From: Thermoanaerobaculia bacterium
GTDB lineage: Bacteria > Acidobacteriota > Thermoanaerobaculia > UBA5066
Length of the DNA stretch: 64,000 bases
Direction of reading: 5' to 3'
Assembly: GCA_963719225.1 (NCBI GenBank)
Contig: CAVRAY010000001.1
Location: 1,664,001 to 1,728,000, forward strand
The translations under genes and the position numbers were made by a program. The notes under the pieces were generated by a model. It worked only from the letters and a program-made list of their open reading frames with translations. It was not told the DNA's origin and did no database searches. Below are positions 49,454 through 58,270 of this stretch, in pieces. How positions within the stretch are numbered: the first letter of the stretch is position 1; every line of letters begins with the position of its first letter.

Positions 49454-51238
49454 ATGTCCACAGTCAAAGAATCGACGACCGTCAAGTCCGAGCACGTCGA
49501 GGTCGAGTCGTTCCTGAAGACTCTCTTCCAGGGGCACATCGCGGAAGATCTCGTCTTTCCGTTCCCCGAGATCCCGCAGGACGTGAAGGAGACCGTGGAG
49601 GCGTTTGCGAGCGCCTACACGGAATTCGACGCGGCCAACCTCGATTCCGAGAAGATGGACGCCGCGCACTTCTTTCCGCGCGAGGCGGTCAAGGCCATGG
49701 GCGAGCTCGGCGTCCTCGGCATGACGATTCCCGAGGAGTACGGCGGCAGCGGCTTTTCGTCGGCTGCGTACTGCCGGATGACCGAGACGATCGCGCCCCT
49801 CGACGCGTCGGCCTCGATCGTCGTCGGCGCCCACCAATCCATCGGGCTCAAGCCCCTTCTCCTCTTTGGAAATGACGAACAGAAGAAGAAGTGGCTGCCC
49901 GACCTCGCGAGCGGAAAGATGGTCGCGGCTTTCTGCCTCACGGAGCCGGAAGCCGGCTCGGACGCGGGCTCGCTCCGGACGACGGCCGCCTACGATCCGT
50001 CGACGAATACGTACGTTCTCAACGGCACGAAGCAGTGGATCTCCAACGGCGGATTCGCGCGCTTCTTCTCGGTGTTCGCGCGAATTCCTTCCGGCACGCC
50101 CGAAAAGGACAAGCACAAGGAGATCGCCTGCTTCGCGGTCGTCGCGAACGAGGACGGCACGCTGCCCGGCCTCTCGCGCGGCGCCGAGGAGAAGAAGCTC
50201 GGCCTCTGCGCTTCGTCGACCTGCCAGATCATCTTCGAGAACTGCCGGATCCCGGCCGGGAACCTCATCGGAGAAAAGGGCCATGGCTTCAAGGTCGCCG
50301 TGGAGACGCTGAACACGGGCCGCACGTCGCTCGGCGCCGGCTCGGTCGGCGGCTCGAAGATGATGCTCAGGCTCGCGGTCGCGCACGCGACGCAGCGCAA
50401 GCAGTTCAAGACCCGCGTCGCCGATTTCGAGATGATCCGCCACAAGATCACGCGCATGGCGGCGACGACGTACGCGCTCGAGTCGATGGTCTACCTGACG
50501 GCCGGGCTCGTGGACAAGGGCATCGGCGACTACTCGCTCGAGGGCGCCTGCTGCAAGGTCTTCGGCACCGAGGTGCTCTGGCAGAACATCAACGACGGCC
50601 TTCAGATCGCCGGCGGCAACGGCTTCATGAACGAGTACCCGTACGGCCGCGCGCTTCGTGACAGTCGCATCAACATGATCTTCGAGGGCACGAACGAGAT
50701 CCTGCGCCTTCTGCTGGCCCTCTCGGGCATGAAGGAGCTCGGCGATTCGCTGAAGGAGGTCCAGGGCGCCTTGAAGAGCCCGCTGGCACAGCGCGGCGTT
50801 CTCACCGAGTACGCGCACAAGCGGCTCAAGGGCGTCATCACGCACGACAAGCTGACGAAGGTGCATCCCTCTCTCGCGCCCGAGGCGGACCAGGTCGGGC
50901 GGTACGCGGGCGTCTTCGCGAACGCGTGCGAGACGATCCTGCGCAAGCACGGGAAGAAGGTCGTGGACAAGGAATACCATCAGGAGCGACTCGCCGACGT
51001 CCTCATCGACCTCTTCGCGCAGATCGCGACACTTTCGCGTGTGACGGCCTCGATCGCGAAGAGGGGCGAGGAGAAAGCCGCGGGGGAGATCGAGATCGCG
51101 CGCTGGTTCTGCCGCGAGGCCAGGCACCGCATGGTCGGGAATCTCAAGGCTCTCGACAAGAACCGCGACGCCGACTGCACGTCCATCAGCGACCGCGTGT
51201 ACGAGGCGGGCGGCTATCCCTACGACTTGTGGTCCTAG
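49454..51238 (+). CDS. Acyl-CoA dehydrogenase (VLCAD/ACAD9-like)
   Basis: FCLTEPEAGSD, GTKQWISNG, IFEGTNEILR. Confidence 0.93.
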   Translation: MSTVKESTTVKSEHVEVESFLKTLFQGHIAEDLVFPFPEIPQDVKETVEAFASAYTEFDAANLDSEKMDAAHFFPREAVKAMGELGVLGMTIPEEYGGSGFSSAAYCRMTETIAPLDASASIVVGAHQSIGLKPLLLFGNDEQKKKWLPDLASGKMVAAFCLTEPEAGSDAGSLRTTAAYDPSTNTYVLNGTKQWISNGGFARFFSVFARIPSGTPEKDKHKEIACFAVVANEDGTLPGLSRGAEEKKLGLCASSTCQIIFENCRIPAGNLIGEKGHGFKVAVETLNTGRTSLGAGSVGGSKMMLRLAVAHATQRKQFKTRVADFEMIRHKITRMAATTYALESMVYLTAGLVDKGIGDYSLEGACCKVFGTEVLWQNINDGLQIAGGNGFMNEYPYGRALRDSRINMIFEGTNEILRLLLALSGMKELGDSLKEVQGALKSPLAQRGVLTEYAHKRLKGVITHDKLTKVHPSLAPEADQVGRYAGVFANACETILRKHGKKVVDKEYHQERLADVLIDLFAQIATLSRVTASIAKRGEEKAAGEIEIARWFCREARHRMVGNLKALDKNRDADCTSISDRVYEAGGYPYDLWS

Positions 51239-52263
51239 GGAAACCGGGAATAGAGATTTCTGCGAATGAAAGAACGGGCCGCCGCGGCGCGCCGCGGCGC
51301 TCTTCCTCTTCACCATTCATAGAAACTCTTTCTCTTCCGACTCCCTTCCCCGTGGGACCCGTCAACGTTCACGTGATCCTGCGCGATCCCATCACGTTGA
51401 TCGATTCAGGACCTCTCACCGAGGAAGCCTGGGGTGCGCTCAAAGCCGGTCTCGCCGGCCTCGGCCTCGGAATCTCCGACGTGAAGCGCGTCCTGCTGAC
51501 GCACGGCCATCAGGACCATTACGGCCTCGCCGAGAAGATAGCCGGCGCGTCGGGGGCGAGGCTCTACGGCGGGAGGCTCGACCGCCGAAATTTCCGGCAG
51601 GAAAGGAGCCACGGCCTGCTCCTCGAGGACATGGCCCGGGCGGGGTTCGGGCTTCTGCCGCGCCTCGCGGTCGTCGCTTCCGTCACCGCCGTGGACCGCT
51701 TCGCGAAGCCGCTCGAAGCGTGGGACGAGCTCGCGGGGGGAGAGACCATGCCGGGAGACGGCTGGTCCGTCGTCGTGCGGTCGACGCCCGGCCACACGCC
51801 GGGCAGCCTCACGTTTTCGATTCCGGAGGCGGGGGTCGTCTTCACGGGAGACACCGTCCTGAAGGAGATCACGCCGAACGCGGTCGTCGACGAGGATCCC
51901 GAGAAGGCCGGGCGCCCTTTTCGCAGCGTCACGCGATATTTCGAGACGCTCGACGAGCTCGGCCGGACGAGCGGCGACGCGACTCTTCTCACGGGACACG
52001 GCGCGCCGGTCACGGACTGGTTCGCCCATCGTAGGACCCTCGACCGGCATCACGGACTCCGCATCGGGCAGATCGAACGGGAGCTGTCGAAGGGACCGGC
52101 GGCGGTATGCGACCTCGTGGCCGCGATCTTCCCCCGCGTGAAGACACTCGAAATCTTCCTCGCCTACAGCGAGATCCTCGGCTTCCTCATGTATCTCGAA
52201 GATGAGAAGCGCGTCGTGAAGCTCGCCGAGGAGACGCGGAACCGCTACCGGCTGGCTGGCTGA
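51229..52263 (+). CDS. MBL-fold metallo-hydrolase (start uncertain)
   Basis: THGHQDH, TPGHT, FTGD, TGHG. Confidence 0.88.
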   Translation: MVLGKPGIEISANERTGRRGAPRRSSSSPFIETLSLPTPFPVGPVNVHVILRDPITLIDSGPLTEEAWGALKAGLAGLGLGISDVKRVLLTHGHQDHYGLAEKIAGASGARLYGGRLDRRNFRQERSHGLLLEDMARAGFGLLPRLAVVASVTAVDRFAKPLEAWDELAGGETMPGDGWSVVVRSTPGHTPGSLTFSIPEAGVVFTGDTVLKEITPNAVVDEDPEKAGRPFRSVTRYFETLDELGRTSGDATLLTGHGAPVTDWFAHRRTLDRHHGLRIGQIERELSKGPAAVCDLVAAIFPRVKTLEIFLAYSEILGFLMYLEDEKRVVKLAEETRNRYRLAG

Positions 52264-52273
52264 CGCGATTTCC

Positions 52274-52948
52274 TCAGCGGCAGCGGATACTCAGCGACGA
52301 GGCCGTGTCCTCCCCGACGGGGGTGTTCCTGAGGTTGTTGTCGCGCTCGCGAAAGTCGGCGCGGCGGCCTCGGTAACCGGGCTGCTCGTAGAGGGTCAGG
52401 ATGCAGCCGGGTGACACGTCCACGGAGCTCGCCATGCGGGAGCCGAACCGCGTGCGGTCGAGGTCGGGAACGTCCCGATCGAAGAACGCGCTCGGCCCGC
52501 GTCCCTCCCGGTCACGGTAGAGGACGGCACCCCGGCGCTCGGACGGCCGGGATCGCTCGACCACGGGTGGTGCGGGCTCGACGGGCGGCCGCTCGCCCGG
52601 ATGATGCCCGCGGCAGTTCACGCGCATCGAGGAAGCCCGGTCTTCGCCGACCATCGTGTTCGAGAGGTCGTTGTCGTTGTCGCGGAACACCGTGGATCGG
52701 CCGCGGTAACGGGGGAATTCATACAGGACGGCGACGCAGCCGGGCGACACGGCGATCGAGCTCGCCTTCCGGTTGCCGAACTTCGTGTACCTCAGGTCCG
52801 GCACGTCGTCGTGGAAGGTCTGTCGTGAGCCGCTCAGGTTGCGCTCCCGAAAAAGCGTGACACCTTCGGCACGGAGGTTCCCGCCGGCTGCTATGGCGGA
52901 CGCGGTCAGGGCGGTAACCACGAGAGAGCGGAGTCGTTCCATTTGCAT
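52274..52948 (-). CDS. Secreted beta/gamma-crystallin domain protein (two repeats)
   Basis: Two copies of ASS..VSPGC..LYE.P.YRGR...DNxL.NT.VGED.ASS. Confidence 0.82.
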   Translation of the reverse strand: MQMERLRSLVVTALTASAIAAGGNLRAEGVTLFRERNLSGSRQTFHDDVPDLRYTKFGNRKASSIAVSPGCVAVLYEFPRYRGRSTVFRDNDNDLSNTMVGEDRASSMRVNCRGHHPGERPPVEPAPPVVERSRPSERRGAVLYRDREGRGPSAFFDRDVPDLDRTRFGSRMASSVDVSPGCILTLYEQPGYRGRRADFRERDNNLRNTPVGEDTASSLSIRCR

Positions 52949-53049
52949 GAGCCCTCCCAGGACGAACTTTACCGCACGAACGCGGCCCGACGAGCGTCGC
53001 GTCACGCGGGAGATTACTTTGCTATTCTCCCCGTTCGGAGGACCGCCAG

Positions 53050-53910
53050 ATGGCCGATGAAATGAAGGCTTCCACGCCCCTGAGTGCCGGTTCGACCGCT
53101 CCCGATTTCACGCTTCCAGCTCGCTCGGGCAAGACGATCTCCCTGCATGACTACCGGGGCAGCAAGGACGTATTGATCTATTTCTACCCGAAAGACGACA
53201 CACCCGGATGCACGCGCGAGTCGTGCAGCCTGCGCGACGCCTGGGGCGAGCTGCAGGGCGCCGGCATCGAGGTTCTGGGCATCTCGCGCGACGACGCGGC
53301 GTCTCACAATGCGTTCGCCGCCAAGTACAACCTGCCCTTCGAGCTCCTGACGGACGCCGATCACGCCGTTCACGAGGCGTACGGCGCCTGGGGCCAGAAT
53401 CCGAATCCCGCCTGGGGAGTCGGTCCGCTGCGCAAGTCGTTCCTCGTCGGCAAGGACGGGGTCATCCGCCACGTCTTCGACAAGGTCGACACCGAGCACC
53501 ACGCCGAACAGGTCCTCCGGGCCGCGGGCGTCGCGGTCGCGCCGAAGCCCGCTCCGGCCCCCGCGCCCGCGCCCGCGCCGAAGCCCGCAGCTCCGGCAGC
53601 CGCTCCGGCCCCGAGGCCTGCGGCCCCGCCGACCCCGAAGCCGCCCGCCACGCCCGCGCCGAAGCCCGCGGCTCCTGCGGCCGCTCCGAAGAAGAAGGCG
53701 GCTCCCAAAAAGAAAGCGGCGGCGAAGAAAAAGCCCGCGAAGAAGAAAGCGGCGAAGAAGTCCGCTCCGAAGCGAAAAGCCGCCCGGAAGTCCGCGCCGA
53801 AGAGGAAATCAAAGGCGAAAGCGGCGAGGAAATCCGCACCGAAGAGGAAGAAGGCCGCCAAAAAGTCTCGCAAGCCGGCAAAGAGGCCGGCGAAGCGGAA
53901 GAAGCGCTGA
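53050..53910 (+). CDS. bcp: Peroxiredoxin Bcp/PrxQ with Pro/Ala linker and Lys-rich histone H1-like tail
   Basis: YFYPKDDTPGCTRESC; C-terminal KKKAAPKKKAAAKKKPAKK... repeats. Confidence 0.9.
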   Translation: MADEMKASTPLSAGSTAPDFTLPARSGKTISLHDYRGSKDVLIYFYPKDDTPGCTRESCSLRDAWGELQGAGIEVLGISRDDAASHNAFAAKYNLPFELLTDADHAVHEAYGAWGQNPNPAWGVGPLRKSFLVGKDGVIRHVFDKVDTEHHAEQVLRAAGVAVAPKPAPAPAPAPAPKPAAPAAAPAPRPAAPPTPKPPATPAPKPAAPAAAPKKKAAPKKKAAAKKKPAKKKAAKKSAPKRKAARKSAPKRKSKAKAARKSAPKRKKAAKKSRKPAKRPAKRKKR

Positions 53911-53996
53911 AGAAGCGCTGAAGAAGAGTTGAACCCGCGGCGAGGGCGGGACGCGGCGCGCGCCGTGTCCCGCTGAGCGGCTTCTGGAAAGAGCAC

Positions 53997-54707
53997 ATGG
54001 CCCGACTCACGAAGCAACAGATGAAGACCGATCAGCTCCAGCACGCGCTGACGGATGCGCGCGACTATGTCGTGACGCACCGGTCGGAGACGACCCGCTG
54101 GGCTCTCATCGCGGGCGGCGCGGTCCTGGTCGTCGGCGGCCTCTGGGGTGGACTCGTCCTGAGAAATGGCCGTCTCGCGGCGCGCCTCTCGTCCGCGCTC
54201 GCGCTGTTCGATGCGCCGCTCGCGTCCGACGCGGCTCCCCCTCCCGGCGCGCGCGTCTTCAAGGACGTCGCAGAACGAACGGCGGCGGCGAAGGCGGAGC
54301 TGGCGTCCCTCTTGAAGGACGCGCCCTCTTCCGCGGCCGGACGCGCGGCGGCGGTCGTCGTGCTTTCGCTCGACGGTCCGAAAGCGGCGACGGGCGCGAA
54401 CCTCGACGCCGCAAAGGCCTTCGCGAAGTCCGAATGCGGCACGGTCGCGGCCGGAGTCGCGGCCGTCGCGGCGATCGACGCCGAGGCGGCGGCCGGCCGT
54501 CCGAAGGAAGCGCTCGAGACGGCGAAGAAGTATCTCGAGGCCAGCGACTCACCCGTGTCGAAAGACGTCCTGGTTTTCACGATGGCACGTCTCTACGAGC
54601 AGACGGGTCAAAATGTCGAGGCGAAGAGCTTTTATCAGCGCCTCGTGACGGATTTTCCGGATTCCCCTCTCCGGACCGACGCCCAGCAGAAGCTCGCGAA
54701 CCTCTGA
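53997..54707 (+). CDS. TPR membrane protein (YfgM-like)
   Basis: N-terminal TM; C-terminal YQRLVTDFPDS TPR. Confidence 0.7.
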   Translation: MARLTKQQMKTDQLQHALTDARDYVVTHRSETTRWALIAGGAVLVVGGLWGGLVLRNGRLAARLSSALALFDAPLASDAAPPPGARVFKDVAERTAAAKAELASLLKDAPSSAAGRAAAVVVLSLDGPKAATGANLDAAKAFAKSECGTVAAGVAAVAAIDAEAAAGRPKEALETAKKYLEASDSPVSKDVLVFTMARLYEQTGQNVEAKSFYQRLVTDFPDSPLRTDAQQKLANL

Positions 54708-54713
54708 CGCGCC

Positions 54714-55886
54714 GTGAAGCGTCGCGTCATCGTCGTCGTCTGCGATGGCCTCGGCGTCGGAACGGCGCCGGACGCGGCGCTCTTTGGAGACGAGGGCAAG
54801 AAGACGCTCCAGCATGTCCTTCGCGACGGAACGCCGCATCTTCCGAACCTGGCGAGCCTCGGCCTCCTGCACACGATGTATGAAGACGCCCCTGCCGGTT
54901 TGCCCGCGCCCGCGGGCGCTTTCGGGCGCCTCGCCGAGGCGTCTGCCGGGAAGGACACGACGACCGGTCATTGGGAGCTGATGGGGCTCACCCTGGACGT
55001 CGCCTTTCCCCTTTATCCGGATGGGTTTCCTCCCGAGGTCGTCGAGCCGTTCGAGAAGGCGATCGGGCGGAAGGTCCTGTGGAACAAGCCGGCGTCGGGG
55101 ACGACGATCCTCGAGCAGCTCGGCGACGAGCACGTGAGGACGGGCCGGCCCATCCTCTACACGTCGGGCGACTCCGTCTTCCAGATCGCGGCCCACGAGG
55201 GCGTCGTCCCGATCGAGACCCTCTACGCGTGGTGCGCGGCGGCGCGCGGAATCCTGAAACCTCCGCACCAGGTCGGCCGCGTCATCGCCCGGCCCTTTGT
55301 CGGGGCGAACGGAAAATACCAGCGTACGCATCGCCGAAAGGACTTCACGGTTCCGCCCTCCGGCGAAACGCTTCTCGACCGCGCGAGTTCGCGCGGCCTC
55401 GAGGTGCACGCCCTCGGCAAGATCGAGGACATTTTTTCGGGGCGGGGGATCGCCACGGCGGTGCACACCGTCTCGAACCGCGACGGCATCGAGAAGACCA
55501 TCTCCGCCATCCGCGATCGCGACGACGACTTCGTCTTCACGAACCTCGTCGACTTCGACACCAAGTACGGGCACCGCAACGACGTCGTCGGCTACGCGAA
55601 GTGTCTCGAGGAGCTCGACTTCTTCATGCCCGAGATGGTGGAGTCTCTTCGTCCGGCCGACCTCTTGATGCTCTCGGCGGACCACGGGGGCGACCCCTCC
55701 GACACGTCCACCGATCACACGCGGGAATACGTCCCGATGGTCGCGGCTGGCCCGGGCGTGGTCGGCGGAGCCGACGTCGGCACGCGGAGGACGTTCGCCG
55801 ATCTCGGCGCCACCGCCGCCGAGCACCTCGGAATCCCGCCCGTCGGCGGCACGAGCTTCCTCGGCGCGATCTTTCCGGCGGCCTGA
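54714..55886 (+). CDS. deoB: Phosphopentomutase
   Basis: GKDTTTGHWE, RVIARPF, NLVDFDTKYGHR, ADHGGDP, DHTREY. Confidence 0.95.
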   Translation: MKRRVIVVVCDGLGVGTAPDAALFGDEGKKTLQHVLRDGTPHLPNLASLGLLHTMYEDAPAGLPAPAGAFGRLAEASAGKDTTTGHWELMGLTLDVAFPLYPDGFPPEVVEPFEKAIGRKVLWNKPASGTTILEQLGDEHVRTGRPILYTSGDSVFQIAAHEGVVPIETLYAWCAAARGILKPPHQVGRVIARPFVGANGKYQRTHRRKDFTVPPSGETLLDRASSRGLEVHALGKIEDIFSGRGIATAVHTVSNRDGIEKTISAIRDRDDDFVFTNLVDFDTKYGHRNDVVGYAKCLEELDFFMPEMVESLRPADLLMLSADHGGDPSDTSTDHTREYVPMVAAGPGVVGGADVGTRRTFADLGATAAEHLGIPPVGGTSFLGAIFPAA

Positions 55887-55981
55887 CCTCGAGCAGGCGG
55901 GCGCGACGTACGACCCGCCTTCTCCTCCTATACTGCGTCCAGCTCTCACATGACGATAGCGCCGACACGGGGAGGCTCCTG

Positions 55982-56419
55982 ATGGGCGATGCCGTGGATT
56001 CCAGCACCCTCGACCTCTTCGAGAAGAGCCTCGCGCGGTGCGAGGCGCGGCCCGACTTTCTCGACCTCTTCTACGGGAGGTTCATGGCCTCGTCGCCCGA
56101 GGTGGCGGCGAAGTTTGCCGGAACGGATTTCGTGCGGCAAAAACGTGCGCTGAAGGCCTCTTTCCATCATCTCCTTCTCGTCGCGAACGACCGCAAGCAG
56201 GGTCCGGACGCGTACCTTTCGGACGTCGCGGCGCGGCATGGATCAGGGCAGCTTGCGATCGGCGCCAGCCTCTACGATTTCTGGCTCGACAGTCTCCTCG
56301 CCACGGTGAGGGAGTGCGATCCGGAGTGGTCCCTCGAGATCGACCATGCATGGGAAGCCGTGATGATGGTCGGCATCCACTACCTCTGCCAGAGTTACCA
56401 CGGCCGGCACGAGAAGTGA
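55982..56419 (+). CDS. Single-domain globin
   Basis: FLDLFYGRFMASSPEVAAKF, VAARH, YDFWLDSLL. Confidence 0.85.
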   Translation: MGDAVDSSTLDLFEKSLARCEARPDFLDLFYGRFMASSPEVAAKFAGTDFVRQKRALKASFHHLLLVANDRKQGPDAYLSDVAARHGSGQLAIGASLYDFWLDSLLATVRECDPEWSLEIDHAWEAVMMVGIHYLCQSYHGRHEK

Positions 56420-57615
56420 CGGCCGTTCTCGCCGTCATTCTGTTTCTGTGGCTTTTCCGCGCGTCAAACGTCGCTCTGAGCTTCGCCCTGATTCCGCGGA
56501 TCGCGCCGGCGCCTCGGCGAGAGCCCGGCGCGCCTTTCGTGTCGATCGTCGTCCCGGCGCGAAACGAGGAGCGCGACGTCGAGGGCGCAACGCGCAGCAA
56601 GTGCGCTCAGGATGATCCCTGTTTCGAAGTCGTCGTCGTGGACGACCGGTCCTCGGACGGCACGCGCCGCATCCTCGCGGGCCTCGAGCGAGAGCTCCCG
56701 GAGGTCCTCCGGGTCGTCGACGGGGTCGAGCCGCCGGTGGACTGGCTCGGAAAGCCGCATGCGCTCCACGAAGGCGCTCGCGCGGCCCGGGCGTCGCGGC
56801 CCCACGACTGGCTCGTCTTCTCGGACGCGGACGTGTACTTCGAGCCCGACCTCCTCGCCCGGTCCCTCGCACATGCGAATCGGCATGGGCTCGAGTTCCT
56901 GGCTCTTCTGCCGACCCTCGAGGCGAAGACCTTCGGCGAGAAGCTCATGGTCTCGACCGTCCCCGCCGCGGCGTTCTGCTACTTCCCCGGCTGGCTCATG
57001 AACGTCCCGTCCGCCCGTCGTTTCGGAGGCGGGGGAGGGATTTTCAATCTGATCCGGCGGGACCTCTTCGACCGCATTGGCGGGCATGAAGCGCTCAGGG
57101 CTTCGGTCGTCGACGACATCCAGCTCGGCCGCAATGCCCGCATGGGCGGAGGGCGGACGGGAATCGCGATCGCGATCGACTCGGTGCGAGTCCGCATGTA
57201 CCACGGATTCGGCGAGATCGTGAAGGGACTGGAGAAGAACGCGTACTTCGCCATGCTCGGCAGCCTCCCTTTGGCGGTGTTCGTCCTAAGCGAGTTTTTC
57301 TTAGAAGGTGAATTGCCCTTCGCGGTCCTTCTCGGCGGCGTGCTCGAACGGGCGCTGGCCCGCGGCGCCGCCGTGGCCCCTGCTTTCTTCACCTTCAAAG
57401 AAGTCCTTCTTTCTCTCTCCATCGTCGCGCTGACGATCCTCGTCCGCGGCGCCGTCGACCTTCGCCTCCGCCTGGGCCTCTTCTCGACTCTCCTGCATCC
57501 CCTTTGGGTCGCGGCTCTCTCGTGGATCTTCGGCCGCTCGGCCTGGGTCAACGGCGTTCTCCATCGCAATGAATGGAGAGGACGGGTTCGGGACGCGCGC
57601 GCCCTTCGGCCCTGA
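56416..57615 (+). CDS. Glycosyltransferase family 2 (CrtQ/HpnB-like)
   Basis: VPARNEE, DDRSSDGT, WLGKPHA, FSDAD, RMY. Confidence 0.88.
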   Translation: MTAVLAVILFLWLFRASNVALSFALIPRIAPAPRREPGAPFVSIVVPARNEERDVEGATRSKCAQDDPCFEVVVVDDRSSDGTRRILAGLERELPEVLRVVDGVEPPVDWLGKPHALHEGARAARASRPHDWLVFSDADVYFEPDLLARSLAHANRHGLEFLALLPTLEAKTFGEKLMVSTVPAAAFCYFPGWLMNVPSARRFGGGGGIFNLIRRDLFDRIGGHEALRASVVDDIQLGRNARMGGGRTGIAIAIDSVRVRMYHGFGEIVKGLEKNAYFAMLGSLPLAVFVLSEFFLEGELPFAVLLGGVLERALARGAAVAPAFFTFKEVLLSLSIVALTILVRGAVDLRLRLGLFSTLLHPLWVAALSWIFGRSAWVNGVLHRNEWRGRVRDARALRP

Positions 57616-57622
57616 CAAAGAG

Positions 57623-58105
57623 CTAGGGGACGACGATGACCGCGAAATTCGTGTTGTTGTCCTCGTTCGTCTCGACGAGTGTTTCCGTGAAGTCGGCCTT
57701 CGCCCGAATGGTGTAGTGGCCGGTCTGCCACGCCTCCGTCTCCGGACCGAGGACGACGGCGCTGTTGCTGACGGGGATCCCGGGAGTGTCGAGCTTGACG
57801 ACGCTCGTGGCGCCGGCCTCGACCGGCGGATCGAACCGGCCGGACCCGATAAGGAGAAGCGGACAAACGCCGGGGCCGGCGACGCACCAGGCTCCGAGCG
57901 TGGTCGGGGGCGTCGGGGCGAAGCCGATGTTCGACACGGTGAAGCGTAGCCGGACGTACCATTTTCCGAGCTTCCGCTCCTTCTGGTAGTCGACCCGCAC
58001 GATCAGGTCGGGGCCGCCCGGGGTGTCGGCCGGTTGCGGCCTGGATGGCACCCCGAGCAGGGGCATGGCGGCGGCGAGCAGGGCGGCGATTGGTGTGTGG
58101 CGCAC
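57623..58105 (-). CDS. Secreted CARDB (Ig-like) domain protein
   Basis: Signal peptide; PDLIV, VSNIG, ETNEDNN. Confidence 0.75.
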   Translation of the reverse strand: MRHTPIAALLAAAMPLLGVPSRPQPADTPGGPDLIVRVDYQKERKLGKWYVRLRFTVSNIGFAPTPPTTLGAWCVAGPGVCPLLLIGSGRFDPPVEAGATSVVKLDTPGIPVSNSAVVLGPETEAWQTGHYTIRAKADFTETLVETNEDNNTNFAVIVVP

Positions 58106-58182
58106 GGTCCTTCCCTTCTTCGTCGAACGTCTTCGCGTCACGGGCTCTCGAAGACGAAGTGTTCCCGCTGTTACGTGTGGGA

Positions 58183-58250
58183 AATCTGGGGCCACGCCTC
58201 GCGAAGATCTCGCTGGATTCCTGAACGATACGTGACCATTCCCTGAAAGG
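58183..58250 (-). promoter_or_regulatory. Triple 11-bp TCA-repeat promoter, copy 1
   Basis: Reverse complement TTCAGggaatgGTCACGtatcgTTCAGG...gcccCAGATT; spacing identical to copies 2 and 3. Confidence 0.65.
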
Positions 58251-58270
58251 CGCCGGCGGCGCAAACGGCG

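Larger units (their letters stand above)
27882..57402. repeat. Dispersed TTC-N3-GAA(GGTGAAGA) motif in nine convergent pairs
   Basis: TTCTTAGAA occurs at 27882(+), 36215(+), 38041(-), 49085(-), 49417(-), 57298(+), plus variants; see first finding. Confidence 0.75.

Noticed and set aside
38737-51316. Long antisense or alternate-frame ORFs (e.g. 38737-40548, 41236-42912, 49412-51316)
   Set aside because: Shadows of well-supported genes, expected in GC-rich DNA.
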